From the NCBI RefSeq assembly GCF_016026235.1, contig NZ_CP065613.1: DNA of 64,000 nt; one strand, written 5' to 3'. The translations under genes and the position numbers were made by a program. The notes beneath the pieces are model-generated. The model saw nothing but the letters and a program-made list of their open reading frames with translations, had not been told where the DNA came from and searched no databases. How positions within the stretch are numbered: position 1 is the stretch's first letter; the number at the start of each line of letters is the position of its first letter. Of this stretch, positions 24,217 through 40,391 are shown piece by piece. The DNA comes from Escherichia coli (GTDB lineage Bacteria > Pseudomonadota > Gammaproteobacteria > Enterobacterales > Enterobacteriaceae).

Positions 24217-24747
24217 TTACGCTTTGTAGCTTAATTCTTCGATGGTGTGGAAATGGTTGGTATAGATGCAAATGTCGCCTGCAATATCCAACGCCTTTTC
24301 AGCAATTTCACGGGCGCTAAGTTCAGTGTTTTCTAACAGCGCGCGCGCCGCAGCCTGGGCGTAAGGGCCGCCGGAGCCGATAGCAATAAGATCGTTTTCT
24401 GGCTGCACCACGTCACCGTTACCGGTGATGATAAGCGATGCAGTTTCATCCGCGACTGCCAGCAGTGCTTCAAGTTTGCGCAGCATGCGATCGGTACGCC
24501 AGTCTTTTGCCAGCTCAACGGCGGCTTTAACCAGATGGCCCTGATGCATTTCCAGTTTACGTTCAAACAGTTCGAACAGCGTAAAAGCATCCGCAGTACC
24601 GCCCGCAAAGCCCGCGATGACTTTGTCGTTGTACAGACGGCGGACCTTTTTCACGTTGCCTTTCATTACGGTATTGCCCAACGTGGCCTGACCATCACCA
24701 GCGATGACCACATGGCCGTTACGGCGTACGCTTACTATAGTTGTCAC
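24217..24747 (-). CDS. hslV: ATP-dependent protease subunit HslV
   Basis: 176-aa ORF ([31 protein letters not shown]...). Confidence 0.97.
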
Positions 24748-24816
24748 GAGCTGACCCCTTGGTTACGAATACAGAGTACAAACCCCGTACAAAAGTACGG
24801 GGCATAATGCAATTAT

Positions 24817-24843
24817 AGATGGGGGGGATTTTGAGGGTTTCAA
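24817..24843 (-). promoter_or_regulatory. Sigma-32 heat-shock promoter of hslVU
   Basis: Minus strand reads TTGAAA-ccctcaaaatccc-CCCCATCTA, matching the sigma-32 -35/-10 consensus; the -35 overlaps the ftsN stop codon. Confidence 0.7.
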
Positions 24844-25799
24844 CCCCCGGCGGCGAGCCGAATGCAGTTTGTATGACCCGCCATCTTCAACCGATTGAGG
24901 GTGCTGTCTGCGTTCTCTTTGCCTTTCACCGGGCCAATGACCACACGATTCCAGCCATTGTTGGTGGTAATTTTTGAGTCAAAGCCTTCGAACGCCAGCT
25001 GAGCACGTACCGTCTCTGCCTGTTCCGCGCCTCTGAACGAACCGCACTGCACCATCCAGCGGCGTTCGTCTTTTTTCTCCGCCGTCGGTTTTGGCGCGTC
25101 AGCGGCACGAGTAACCGGCGCAGCTTGCTGCGGCTTCGACTGCGCGGTCGTGTGCGCAGGGGTTTGCAGCAGATCCTGGTACGGCTGCTGAGTAGAAGCC
25201 GGTTTAGACTGGCGCGGTTGCGCTTGTACCGGCGCGGCTTGCGACGTACGCGTCTGCTGCTGCCAGCTTTGTTCAGTCGTACGCGACTGCTGAGCCAGGC
25301 GTTGCTGTTCCGCTAATTGCTGCGCCTGACGTTGGCGCTGTAGCGTTTGCTGACGCTGTTCCGGCGTCTGTTCATTCCACGGAACCTCAACCAGCTGCGT
25401 TGGCTGCTGGCGCATATCAGCCTGCATTTGTTCAAGAAGCTGACGTTGTTCTGGTGTCAGTTGCTCCGGCGTTTTCACTTCACCACCAGCAGAAGGTTCT
25501 GTGGGCGCACGCACACCCGGCTGGCGACTTTCCAGCTCTTTGATGTAGCGCCAGCGTTCTTCTGGTTTTGGTGGTAGTCCGTTTCCGGTCACTTTCTGGC
25601 TTTGCAGCGTCTCGGACTCTTCTTTCTTGTGATGCGTAATGAAGTACAGACCACCGATAAAGGTCACAAGAACGGCGGCAGCAATAGCGACCATAGCGGG
25701 AGAAACCGCAGGCAGATTTCGTTGCTTTTTCCGTGAGGTGCTCTTTTTTCGCCGCGAAGGTGCCGGTTGGCTGCGGCGTACATAATCTCGTTGTGCCAC
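24840..25799 (-). CDS. ftsN: Divisome protein FtsN (SPOR domain)
   Basis: 319-aa ORF; N-terminal TM segment, Gln/Pro-rich linker, C-terminal SPOR domain. Confidence 0.95.
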   Translation of the reverse strand: MAQRDYVRRSQPAPSRRKKSTSRKKQRNLPAVSPAMVAIAAAVLVTFIGGLYFITHHKKEESETLQSQKVTGNGLPPKPEERWRYIKELESRQPGVRAPTEPSAGGEVKTPEQLTPEQRQLLEQMQADMRQQPTQLVEVPWNEQTPEQRQQTLQRQRQAQQLAEQQRLAQQSRTTEQSWQQQTRTSQAAPVQAQPRQSKPASTQQPYQDLLQTPAHTTAQSKPQQAAPVTRAADAPKPTAEKKDERRWMVQCGSFRGAEQAETVRAQLAFEGFDSKITTNNGWNRVVIGPVKGKENADSTLNRLKMAGHTNCIRLAAGG

Positions 25800-25890
25800 T
25801 ATCGTTTCGCTGTATTTATTCGTTCGTCAGCCCGCCATGTTACTTAAGCGGCGGGCCTTTGACCAGTCACGGCAGTCTTAAAGGTTTACT

Positions 25891-26916
25891 TTAAGGTAAC
25901 GCGCGTGTTGATCCCCGGATGATAAGTTCGCAGTCCATTAAACGAGAGCCACTGCCAACGTGTTGCCCCTGCATTTGATCAAGCAATAACAGCATAGCTT
26001 CCCGACCGATTTCGTAACGCGGCTGCGCGATGGTTGTCAGCGGCGGATCACAAAATTGCGTCAGGTCGATGTTATCAAAACCGATTATGGAAAGGTCTTC
26101 CGGGACTTTCAGCCCCTGGCGTTTTGCCTGAGAAAGTGCGCCGAGCGCCATCACATCGCTATGGCAGAAGACAGCAGTAGGCGGTTGTGGAAGATCAAGC
26201 AGCTGCTGCATCGCTTTGCTTCCGGCTTCGAAGGTGAAGTCGCCACGGGCGATGTATTGCGGATCAACCATAATGCCGCAGCGACGCAGCGCCTGAACGT
26301 AACCTTGCAGGCGGTAGTGACACAGCGGCATCTCTTCGGGACCGGCTATACAGCCAATCCGTTTATGCCCTTGCTCATATAAATAATTTACTGCATCAAA
26401 TGCGGCGGTCAGATTGTCGATATGAACGGTAGGCAGCTCCAGTTCCGGTGCAAATTCGTTCGCCATCACCATCGGCGGCAGATTACGCTGTTCCTCAATG
26501 CTGGCATCAAACGGCAGCCTTGAACCCAGCAGCAACATGCCATCAATTTGCTTGGTGATGATCAAATCGATAAAGGTTTTTTCCTGCTGATTTTGATGCG
26601 CACAGTCGCCTATCAGCACCAGATATCCGTGATTTGCCGCCGTAACTTCGATACCGCGAATAATTTCGCTAAAGAAGGGATCGCAGATATCCGGGACAAT
26701 CACCAGAATGGTGCGGGATTCATTACGCTTGACGTTGCGCCCCATAGGCTGCGGTAAATAACCCACTTCCCGGGCCGCTTTTTCAACCCGATTACGGGTG
26801 GCATGGGAGACTTTATCGGGATTCATTAATGCTCGGGAGACAGTCGCTGTAGAGACTTTTGCCTTGAGGGCAACGTCTTTCATGGTCGCGGCAGTTTCCT
26901 GCTTCTTCGCTTTCAC
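25891..26916 (-). CDS. cytR: LacI-family nucleoside regulon repressor CytR
   Basis: ORF track 25891..26922; annotated length 341 aa implies the GTG start at 26914-26916 (VKAKKQETAATMKDVALKAKVSTATVSRAL...). Confidence 0.9.
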   Translation of the reverse strand: MKAKKQETAATMKDVALKAKVSTATVSRALMNPDKVSHATRNRVEKAAREVGYLPQPMGRNVKRNESRTILVIVPDICDPFFSEIIRGIEVTAANHGYLVLIGDCAHQNQQEKTFIDLIITKQIDGMLLLGSRLPFDASIEEQRNLPPMVMANEFAPELELPTVHIDNLTAAFDAVNYLYEQGHKRIGCIAGPEEMPLCHYRLQGYVQALRRCGIMVDPQYIARGDFTFEAGSKAMQQLLDLPQPPTAVFCHSDVMALGALSQAKRQGLKVPEDLSIIGFDNIDLTQFCDPPLTTIAQPRYEIGREAMLLLLDQMQGQHVGSGSRLMDCELIIRGSTRALP

Positions 26917-27071
26917 ACTCACTCCTCGCCTGGCACGTCAGGCGTACTACATCCATGTTTACTTCACATCGGCAACATTTTTAGCAGATAGCGCGTGAAA
27001 ACGGTTACAGAATTTTCATGAAAAGTGTGATGAATATTGAATTTTTCGATCCGCCTCGCATCGTGAGCGGT

Positions 27072-29429
<2,358 letters not shown>

Positions 29430-29433
29430 TTAG

Positions 29434-29685
<252 letters not shown>

Positions 29686-29695
29686 GACCGGATTT

Positions 29696-29725
29696 CCGAA
29701 AAAAGCGCCGCACGGCGCTTTTTTT
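29696..29725. terminator. Bidirectional intrinsic terminator between rpmE and yiiX
   Basis: Hairpin aaagcgccg-ca-cggcgcttt flanked by an A-run on the left and T-run on the right. Confidence 0.8.
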
Positions 29726-29745
29726 GTGCCTGAATTTTGGTCGTA

Positions 29746-30354
29746 TCACCACGAAAACAGCGGCCATTCTTTGGCGACAGTGGTGAGTTGTGGCGCATCG
29801 AAAACGGCTTGTGGTGAGACCACCGTTTCCTCAAGCGGGATATTTTTGCCGTAGCGTTCTTTGAGCTTTGCCTGAACCAGCGGGTTGCTGAGATCGAACT
29901 CTTTCAACTTCTGCTGCTCGCCCACGCGCATTCCCAGCGCGTTCTGGTAAACCTTCCACACCACTTCCGAACAGTACTGGCGATCGTCGCTCCATGAGAA
30001 GCTGAAATCATACGGTTTACCGAGATAACGTTTTGTCGTTTGCGCCAGTTTTTGCTGTTGTTCAACACTCAGTCCGCCTTCAACGCGGCGAACGACGTAT
30101 TTGCCCTTTTCACCATGGGCGATCCACTGCTTGAGCGGGGTGTATTTCACCGGGCCGACCGCTTCAAAAACGTAGGGCTTTTTGTTGCGTATCACCAGCA
30201 TACCGGTGTGGCTGTAATCGGAATGGGTCGCCAGTTGGATCGCTTTACTTTGCGATGAGCGAGAGATTTGAAAGATGATGTCGCCGGTTTGCGGCTGCCA
30301 GGCAAAGGCAGGTACAGAAACCAGCAGGCTGAGGATCAGCAGCCTGTTTTTCAT
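29746..30354 (-). CDS. yiiX: Putative lipid-binding hydrolase YiiX
   Basis: 202-aa ORF with signal peptide. Confidence 0.88.
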   Translation of the reverse strand: MKNRLLILSLLVSVPAFAWQPQTGDIIFQISRSSQSKAIQLATHSDYSHTGMLVIRNKKPYVFEAVGPVKYTPLKQWIAHGEKGKYVVRRVEGGLSVEQQQKLAQTTKRYLGKPYDFSFSWSDDRQYCSEVVWKVYQNALGMRVGEQQKLKEFDLSNPLVQAKLKERYGKNIPLEETVVSPQAVFDAPQLTTVAKEWPLFSW

Positions 30355-30411
30355 AGTTAAACGTCCATGTATAAAAAGCGGTGGGTCGCAGACAACGTGC
30401 TCGTTGTTTAT

Positions 30412-30508
30412 GCCGGATGCGGCGTGAACGCCTTATCCGGCCTACAAGTTCGTGCAAATTCAATAAATTGCAATATGACGTAGGCCTGATAAGCGTAGCG
30501 CATCAGGC
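30412..30508. repeat. BIME: two inverted REP elements with AT-rich spacer
   Basis: gccggatgcggcgtgaacgccttatccggcctac ... gtaggcctgataagcgtagcgcatcaggc. Confidence 0.85.
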
Positions 30509-30537
30509 GATTCCACTCCGCGCCGCTCATTTCCGCT

Positions 30538-30855
30538 TTAGTATTCCCACGTCTCCGGGTTAATCCCCATCTCACGCATGATCTCTTTTGCCGCTTCCGG
30601 GATTTCGTCGCTGCGCTCTTTACGCAGATCGGCATCATCCGGCAAAGGTTGCCCGGTAAAGGCATGCAGAAACGCTTCGCACAGCAGCTCGCTGTTGGTA
30701 GCGTGACGCAGGTTGTTCACCTGACGACGCGTGCGTTCATCGGTGAGGATTTTTAACACCTTAAGAGGAATGGAAACCGTAATCTTTTTGACTTGTTCAC
30801 TCTTCTTGCCGTGCTCAGCGTATGGGCTGATATATTCGCCGCTCCATTCAGCCAT
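30538..30855 (-). CDS. metJ: Methionine repressor MetJ
   Basis: ORF track 30538..30993; start at ATG 30855 ([35 protein letters not shown]...) giving 105 aa. Confidence 0.95.
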
Positions 30856-31044
30856 GAGATACTTAATCCTCTTCGTCAATAAATTGAGATCAGACCACAC
30901 AATTAATGTAGGTACTGACCGTAAACCCGCATAGTTTACCGTACAGGCGTTACCGTGACATCGTGTAATGCACCTGTCGGCGTGATAATGCATATAATTT
31001 TAACGGCTATTTGGGATTTGCTCAATCTATACGCAAAGAAGTTT

Positions 31045-31068
31045 AGATGTCCAGATGTATTGACGTCC
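31045..31068. promoter_or_regulatory. Tandem met boxes (MetJ operator) in metJ-metB divergent region
   Basis: agatgtcc agatgtat tgacgtcc: tandem 8-bp repeats close to AGACGTCT. Confidence 0.7.
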
Positions 31069-31131
31069 ATTAACACAATGTTTACTCTGGTGCCTGACAT
31101 TTCACCGACAAAGCCCAGGGAACTTCATCAC

Positions 31132-32292
31132 ATGACGCGTAAACAGGCCACCATCGCAGTGCGTAGCGGGTTAAATGACGACGAACAGTATGGTTGCGTT
31201 GTCCCACCGATCCATCTTTCCAGCACCTATAACTTTACCGGATTTAATGAACCGCGCGCGCATGATTACTCGCGTCGCGGCAACCCAACGCGCGATGTGG
31301 TTCAGCGTGCGCTGGCAGAACTGGAAGGCGGTGCTGGTGCAGTACTTACTAATACCGGCATGTCCGCGATTCACCTGGTAACGACCGTCTTTTTGAAACC
31401 TGGCGATCTGCTGGTTGCGCCGCACGACTGCTACGGCGGTAGCTATCGCCTGTTCGACAGTCTGGCGAAACGCGGTTGCTATCGCGTGTTGTTTGTTGAT
31501 CAAGGCGATGAACAGGCATTACGGGCAGCGCTGGCAGAAAAACCCAAACTGGTATTGGTAGAAAGCCCAAGTAATCCATTGTTACGCGTCGTGGATATTG
31601 CGAAAATCTGCCATCTGGCAAGGGAAGTCGGGGCGGTGAGCGTGGTGGATAACACCTTCTTAAGCCCGGCATTACAAAATCCGCTGGCATTAGGTGCCGA
31701 TCTGGTGTTGCATTCATGCACGAAATATCTGAACGGTCACTCTGACGTGGTGGCTGGCGTGGTGATTGCTAAAGAACCGGACGTTGTCACTGAACTTGCC
31801 TGGTGGGCAAACAATATTGGCGTGACGGGCGGCGCGTTTGACAGCTATCTGCTGCTACGCGGGTTGCGAACGCTGGTGCCGCGTATGGAGCTGGCGCAGC
31901 GCAACGCGCAGGCGATTGTGAAATATCTGCAAACCCAGCCGTTGGTGAAAAAACTGTATCACCCGTCGCTGCCGGAAAATCAGGGGCATGAAATTGCCGC
32001 GCGTCAGCAAAAAGGCTTTGGCGCAATGTTGAGTTTTGAACTGGATGGCGATGAGCAGACGCTGCGTCGTTTCCTGGGCGGGCTGTCGTTGTTTACGCTG
32101 GCGGAATCATTAGGGGGAGTGGAAAGTTTAATCTCTCACGCCGCAACCATGACACATGCAGGCATGGCACCAGAAGCGCGTGCTGCCGCCGGGATTTCCG
32201 AGACGCTGCTGCGTATCTCCACCGGTATTGAAGATGGCGAAGATTTAATTGCCGACCTGGAAAATGGCTTCTGGGCTGCAAACAAGGGGTAA
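31132..32292 (+). CDS. metB: Cystathionine gamma-synthase
   Basis: ORF track 30955..32292; start at ATG 31132 (MTRKQATIAVRSGLNDDEQYG...) giving 386 aa; PLP-enzyme motifs. Confidence 0.96.
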   Translation: MTRKQATIAVRSGLNDDEQYGCVVPPIHLSSTYNFTGFNEPRAHDYSRRGNPTRDVVQRALAELEGGAGAVLTNTGMSAIHLVTTVFLKPGDLLVAPHDCYGGSYRLFDSLAKRGCYRVLFVDQGDEQALRAALAEKPKLVLVESPSNPLLRVVDIAKICHLAREVGAVSVVDNTFLSPALQNPLALGADLVLHSCTKYLNGHSDVVAGVVIAKEPDVVTELAWWANNIGVTGGAFDSYLLLRGLRTLVPRMELAQRNAQAIVKYLQTQPLVKKLYHPSLPENQGHEIAARQQKGFGAMLSFELDGDEQTLRRFLGGLSLFTLAESLGGVESLISHAATMTHAGMAPEARAAAGISETLLRISTGIEDGEDLIADLENGFWAANKG

Positions 32293-32294
32293 AA

Positions 32295-34727
32295 ATGAGT
32301 GTGATTGCGCAGGCAGGGGCGAAAGGTCGTCAGCTGCATAAATTTGGTGGCAGTAGTCTGGCTGATGTGAAGTGTTATTTGCGTGTCGCGGGCATTATGG
32401 CGGAGTACTCTCAGCCTGACGATATGATGGTGGTTTCTGCCGCCGGTAGCACCACTAACCAGTTGATTAACTGGTTGAAACTAAGCCAGACCGATCGTCT
32501 CTCTGCGCATCAGGTTCAACAAACGCTGCGTCGCTATCAGTGCGATCTGATTAGCGGTCTGCTACCCGCTGAAGAAGCCGATAGCCTCATTAGCGCTTTT
32601 GTCAGCGACCTTGAGCGCCTGGCGGCGCTGCTCGACAGCGGTATTAACGACGCAGTGTATGCGGAAGTGGTGGGCCACGGGGAAGTATGGTCGGCACGCC
32701 TGATGTCTGCGGTACTTAATCAACAAGGGCTGCCAGCGGCCTGGCTTGATGCCCGCGAGTTTTTACGCGCTGAACGCGCCGCACAACCGCAGGTTGATGA
32801 AGGGCTTTCTTACCCGTTGCTGCAACAGCTGCTGGTGCAACATCCGGGCAAACGTCTGGTGGTGACCGGATTTATCAGCCGCAACAACGCCGGTGAAACG
32901 GTGCTGCTGGGGCGTAACGGTTCCGACTATTCCGCGACACAAATCGGTGCGCTGGCGGGTGTTTCTCGCGTAACCATCTGGAGCGACGTCGCCGGGGTAT
33001 ACAGTGCCGACCCGCGTAAAGTGAAAGATGCCTGCCTGCTGCCGTTGCTGCGTCTGGATGAGGCCAGCGAACTGGCGCGCCTGGCGGCTCCCGTTCTTCA
33101 CGCCCGTACTTTACAGCCGGTTTCTGGCAGCGAAATCGACCTGCAACTGCGCTGTAGCTACACGCCGGATCAAGGTTCCACGCGCATTGAACGCGTGCTG
33201 GCCTCCGGTACTGGTGCGCGTATTGTCACCAGCCACGATGATGTCTGTTTGATTGAGTTTCAGGTGCCCGCCAGTCAGGATTTCAAACTGGCGCATAAAG
33301 AGATCGACCAAATCCTGAAACGCGCGCAGGTACGCCCGCTGGCGGTTGGCGTACATAACGATCGCCAGTTGCTGCAATTTTGCTACACCTCAGAAGTGGC
33401 CGACAGTGCGCTGAAAATCCTCGACGAAGCGGGATTACCTGGCGAACTGCGCCTGCGTCAGGGGCTGGCGCTGGTGGCGATGGTCGGTGCAGGCGTCACC
33501 CGTAACCCGCTGCATTGCCACCGCTTCTGGCAGCAACTGAAAGGCCAGCCGGTCGAATTTACCTGGCAGTCCGATGACGGCATCAGCCTGGTGGCAGTAC
33601 TGCGCACCGGCCCGACCGAAAGCCTGATTCAGGGGCTGCATCAGTCCGTCTTCCGCGCAGAAAAACGCATCGGCCTGGTATTGTTCGGTAAGGGCAATAT
33701 CGGTTCCCGTTGGCTGGAACTGTTCGCCCGTGAGCAGAGCACGCTTTCGGCACGTACCGGCTTTGAGTTTGTGCTGGCAGGTGTGGTGGACAGCCGCCGC
33801 AGCCTGTTGAGCTATGACGGGCTGGACGCCAGCCGCGCGTTAGCCTTCTTCAACGATGAAGCGGTTGAGCAGGATGAAGAGTCGTTGTTCCTGTGGATGC
33901 GCGCCCATCCGTATGATGATTTAGTGGTGCTGGACGTTACCGCCAGCCAGCAGCTTGCTGATCAGTATCTTGATTTCGCCAGCCACGGTTTCCACGTTAT
34001 CAGCGCCAACAAACTGGCGGGAGCCAGCGACAGCAATAAATATCGCCAGATCCACGACGCCTTCGAAAAAACCGGGCGTCACTGGCTGTACAATGCCACC
34101 GTCGGTGCGGGCTTGCCGATCAACCACACCGTGCGCGATCTGATCGACAGCGGCGATACTATTTTGTCGATCAGCGGGATCTTCTCCGGCACGCTCTCCT
34201 GGCTGTTCCTGCAATTCGACGGTAGCGTGCCGTTTACCGAGCTGGTGGATCAGGCGTGGCAGCAGGGCTTAACCGAGCCTGATCCGCGTGACGACCTCTC
34301 CGGCAAAGACGTAATGCGCAAGCTGGTAATTCTGGCGCGTGAAGCGGGTTACAACATTGAACCGGACCAGGTACGTGTGGAATCGCTGGTGCCTGCTCAT
34401 TGCGAAGGCGGCAGCATCGACCATTTCTTTGAAAATGGCGATGAACTTAACGAGCAGATGGTGCAACGGCTGGAAGCGGCCCGCGAAATGGGGCTGGTGC
34501 TGCGCTACGTGGCGCGTTTCGATGCCAACGGCAAAGCGCGTGTGGGCGTGGAGGCGGTGCGTGAAGACCATCCGCTGGCATCACTGCTGCCGTGCGATAA
34601 CGTCTTTGCCATCGAAAGCCGCTGGTATCGCGACAACCCGCTGGTGATCCGTGGGCCTGGCGCGGGGCGCGACGTCACCGCCGGGGCGATTCAGTCGGAT
34701 ATCAACCGGCTGGCACAGTTGTTGTAA
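32295..34727 (+). CDS. metL: Bifunctional aspartokinase II / homoserine dehydrogenase II
   Basis: 810-aa ORF starting 2 bp after the metB stop. Confidence 0.96.
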   Translation: MSVIAQAGAKGRQLHKFGGSSLADVKCYLRVAGIMAEYSQPDDMMVVSAAGSTTNQLINWLKLSQTDRLSAHQVQQTLRRYQCDLISGLLPAEEADSLISAFVSDLERLAALLDSGINDAVYAEVVGHGEVWSARLMSAVLNQQGLPAAWLDAREFLRAERAAQPQVDEGLSYPLLQQLLVQHPGKRLVVTGFISRNNAGETVLLGRNGSDYSATQIGALAGVSRVTIWSDVAGVYSADPRKVKDACLLPLLRLDEASELARLAAPVLHARTLQPVSGSEIDLQLRCSYTPDQGSTRIERVLASGTGARIVTSHDDVCLIEFQVPASQDFKLAHKEIDQILKRAQVRPLAVGVHNDRQLLQFCYTSEVADSALKILDEAGLPGELRLRQGLALVAMVGAGVTRNPLHCHRFWQQLKGQPVEFTWQSDDGISLVAVLRTGPTESLIQGLHQSVFRAEKRIGLVLFGKGNIGSRWLELFAREQSTLSARTGFEFVLAGVVDSRRSLLSYDGLDASRALAFFNDEAVEQDEESLFLWMRAHPYDDLVVLDVTASQQLADQYLDFASHGFHVISANKLAGASDSNKYRQIHDAFEKTGRHWLYNATVGAGLPINHTVRDLIDSGDTILSISGIFSGTLSWLFLQFDGSVPFTELVDQAWQQGLTEPDPRDDLSGKDVMRKLVILAREAGYNIEPDQVRVESLVPAHCEGGSIDHFFENGDELNEQMVQRLEAAREMGLVLRYVARFDANGKARVGVEAVREDHPLASLLPCDNVFAIESRWYRDNPLVIRGPGAGRDVTAGAIQSDINRLAQLL

Positions 34728-34808
34728 TTTCAGAAATTTAATAATGCCCGGTACTCATGTTTTCGGGTTTATGGTTTCTAATGAAATATATTGAATTATC
34801 ATAGGATT

Positions 34809-34838
34809 AGGCCGGATTAAGCGTTTACGACGAATCCG
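34809..34838. repeat. REP-like palindromic remnant downstream of metL
   Basis: gccggatt...aatccggc 8-bp stem with 14-nt loop; partial resemblance to REP; no T-run. Confidence 0.3.
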
Positions 34839-35004
34839 GCAAGAAGCAATAAGTACATGGTTAGTTTATATTTGCAGTCCGGTTTGCTTTGCATACCGGA
34901 TTTTCTTTTTCTTACCATCCTGAAGTTTTTTCATCTTCCCTGATTTTTCCTCACCATCATTGGTCATTTTTCGGTTGACGCCCTTCGGCTTTTCCTTCAT
35001 CTTT

Positions 35005-35036
35005 ACATCTGGACGTCTAAACGGATAGATGTGCAC
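35005..35036 (+). promoter_or_regulatory. Tandem met boxes (MetJ operator) upstream of metF
   Basis: acatctgg acgtctaa acggatag atgtgcac: four tandem 8-bp met-box-like repeats. Confidence 0.7.
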
Positions 35037-35072
35037 AACACAACATATAACTACAAGCGATTGATGAGGTAA

Positions 35073-35966
<894 letters not shown>

Positions 35967-36179
35967 ATAGTGTGGCTTTTGTGAAAATCACACAGTGATC
36001 ACAAATTTTAAACAGAGCACAAAATGCTGCCTCGAAATGAGGGCGGGAAAATAAGGTTATCAGCCTTGTTTTCTCCCTCATTACTTGAAGGATATGAACC
36101 TAAAACCCTTTTTTATAAAGCATTTGTCCGAATTCGGACATAATCAAAAAGCTTAATTACGATCAATTTGATCTACATC

Positions 36180-38474
<2,295 letters not shown>

Positions 38475-38483
38475 TCTGACCTT

Positions 38484-38520
38484 CTTCAGCGACTGCCTTT
38501 CAGGCAGTCGCTGAAGTTTC
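38484..38520 (+). terminator. katG intrinsic terminator
   Basis: Perfect 14-bp stem cttcagcgactgcc-ttt-caggcagtcgctgaag followed by tttcttt. Confidence 0.85.
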
Positions 38521-38567
38521 TTTACCGGCGTATAGTGTCCACAGGAAAACTACACACTGGATCTCTC

Positions 38568-39473
38568 ATGTCTGCCGCAGGAAAGAGCAACCCACTGGCA
38601 ATCAGTGGCCTGGTTGTGCTCACACTTATCTGGAGTTATAGCTGGATTTTCATGAAGCAAGTCACCAGCTACATCGGTGCCTTCGACTTTACCGCCTTAC
38701 GCTGCATTTTCGGCGCTCTCGTTTTATTCATCGTCCTTTTATTACGTGGTCGCGGAATGCGCCCGACACCGTTTAAATACACCTTAGCCATTGCCCTGTT
38801 ACAAACCTGCGGGATGGTTGGCCTGGCGCAGTGGGCGCTGGTCAGCGGCGGAGCGGGGAAGGTGGCGATCCTAAGCTATACCATGCCGTTCTGGGTGGTG
38901 ATTTTCGCCGCGTTGTTTCTCGGTGAACGCCTGCGACGTGGGCAATATTTCGCGATACTGATTGCCGCTTTCGGCTTATTTTTGGTGTTGCAGCCGTGGC
39001 AACTCGATTTCTCTTCGATGAAAAGTGCCATGCTGGCAATCCTCTCCGGCGTCAGTTGGGGGGCGAGCGCGATTGTTGCTAAACGTCTGTATGCCCGTCA
39101 TCCGCGCGTGGATTTATTGTCGTTAACATCCTGGCAGATGCTCTATGCGGCGCTGGTGATGAGTGTGGTCGCTTTACTGGTGCCGCAACGTGAAATTGAC
39201 TGGCAGCCCACCGTGTTCTGGGCGCTGGCCTACAGTGCGATTCTGGCGACGGCACTGGCGTGGAGCTTATGGTTGTTTGTATTGAAAAACTTGCCTGCCA
39301 GTATTGCCAGCTTAAGCACACTGGCCGTTCCCGTTTGCGGCGTACTCTTTTCCTGGTGGCTGCTCGGCGAGAATCCGGGGGCCGTTGAAGGTAGCGGTAT
39401 TGTGCTGATTGTGATGGCACTGGCGCTGGTGAGCCGTAAGAAAAAAGAAGCCGTTAGTGTAAAAAGGATCTGA
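38568..39473 (+). CDS. yijE: EamA/DMT-family transporter YijE
   Basis: ORF track 38535..39473; start at ATG 38568 ([26 protein letters not shown]...) giving 301 aa. Confidence 0.9.
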   Translation: MSAAGKSNPLAISGLVVLTLIWSYSWIFMKQVTSYIGAFDFTALRCIFGALVLFIVLLLRGRGMRPTPFKYTLAIALLQTCGMVGLAQWALVSGGAGKVAILSYTMPFWVVIFAALFLGERLRRGQYFAILIAAFGLFLVLQPWQLDFSSMKSAMLAILSGVSWGASAIVAKRLYARHPRVDLLSLTSWQMLYAALVMSVVALLVPQREIDWQPTVFWALAYSAILATALAWSLWLFVLKNLPASIASLSTLAVPVCGVLFSWWLLGENPGAVEGSGIVLIVMALALVSRKKKEAVSVKRI

Positions 39474-39499
39474 ATTTTTTCTTCATGTGGGGCGATCGC

Positions 39500-40117
39500 T
39501 TATTTAACAAAATAACGATAATGCCCCACCATCCGCCAGCTAAACAGCACATCTTCTTCCTGCGCACCTGCGCCAATGTTATGTATCACCAGCGGCGTAC
39601 CGTCGCGGGCGAAGCCATCTGAAACCACCCCAATATGTGCCAGCCCGTTATCTAATCGCCAGGAGACAATATCGCCCGCTTGATAGTCACTGGGGTTCTT
39701 GCTGATGGGGCGTGTTTTATCGTGGCGGGTAAACCAGGTTTCCAGATTAGGCACCCGACGGTGATCGATGTTGCTGTCCGGGCGCTTTAACTGCCATTTT
39801 TGCGGGTACTCGGCAAAATTCTTCGCCATATCTTCGTGCACCAGTTTCTGCAAATCGACCTTCTGGCTGCGCAATGCACGGATCACCACATCGGAACATA
39901 CCCCGCGTTCTTGCGGGACATCACCGCCAGGATAGGTAAGCTGCATATACGCCGGATCGTAAAATAGCGTGCTGCCGATTTGCTGTCTGGCACCGTCTGC
40001 GATGGCAAGGTTGGTATTGGCCTGGATTTGTACCACGGTTGGTGGAACGGCGGGAGATTTTAAGGAGTGGCTGGTAAATGCCGTTAGCAGGCTGAGCAGC
40101 GCCAGTGAAGCTTTCAT
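39500..40117 (-). CDS. yijF: DUF1287-family protein YijF
   Basis: 205-aa ORF with signal peptide. Confidence 0.88.
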   Translation of the reverse strand: MKASLALLSLLTAFTSHSLKSPAVPPTVVQIQANTNLAIADGARQQIGSTLFYDPAYMQLTYPGGDVPQERGVCSDVVIRALRSQKVDLQKLVHEDMAKNFAEYPQKWQLKRPDSNIDHRRVPNLETWFTRHDKTRPISKNPSDYQAGDIVSWRLDNGLAHIGVVSDGFARDGTPLVIHNIGAGAQEEDVLFSWRMVGHYRYFVK

Positions 40118-40248
40118 CTGGTTCGTCCGTGAAAATAAGAGTCACAGATTCGACCTTCCGGGCTAACGATTGTTCTGTGGAGAAAATGTCCAGAAGCGGA
40201 TAAAAAACTCCTGAACAACGTGGGAGTTTCAGATTACTGGCACAGAGT

Positions 40249-40346
40249 GCCGGATGCGGAGTGAACGCCTTATCCGGCCTACAAAAGCACGCAAATTCAA
40301 TATATTGCAGAGATTGCGTAGGCCTGATAAGCGTAGCGCATCAGGC
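40249..40346. repeat. BIME: two inverted REP elements with AT-rich spacer
   Basis: gccggatgcggagtgaacgccttatccggcctac ... gtaggcctgataagcgtagcgcatcaggc; near-copy of the BIME at 30412-30508. Confidence 0.85.
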
Positions 40347-40391
40347 AATTTTGCGTTCAAACTCCCGGACAAGCCGGGAGTTTGGAGTAGG

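Noticed and set aside
23239-24234. 331-aa ORF on the plus strand
   Set aside because: Antisense to hslU; Arg/Phe-rich translation typical of reverse-frame reading; no independent signals.
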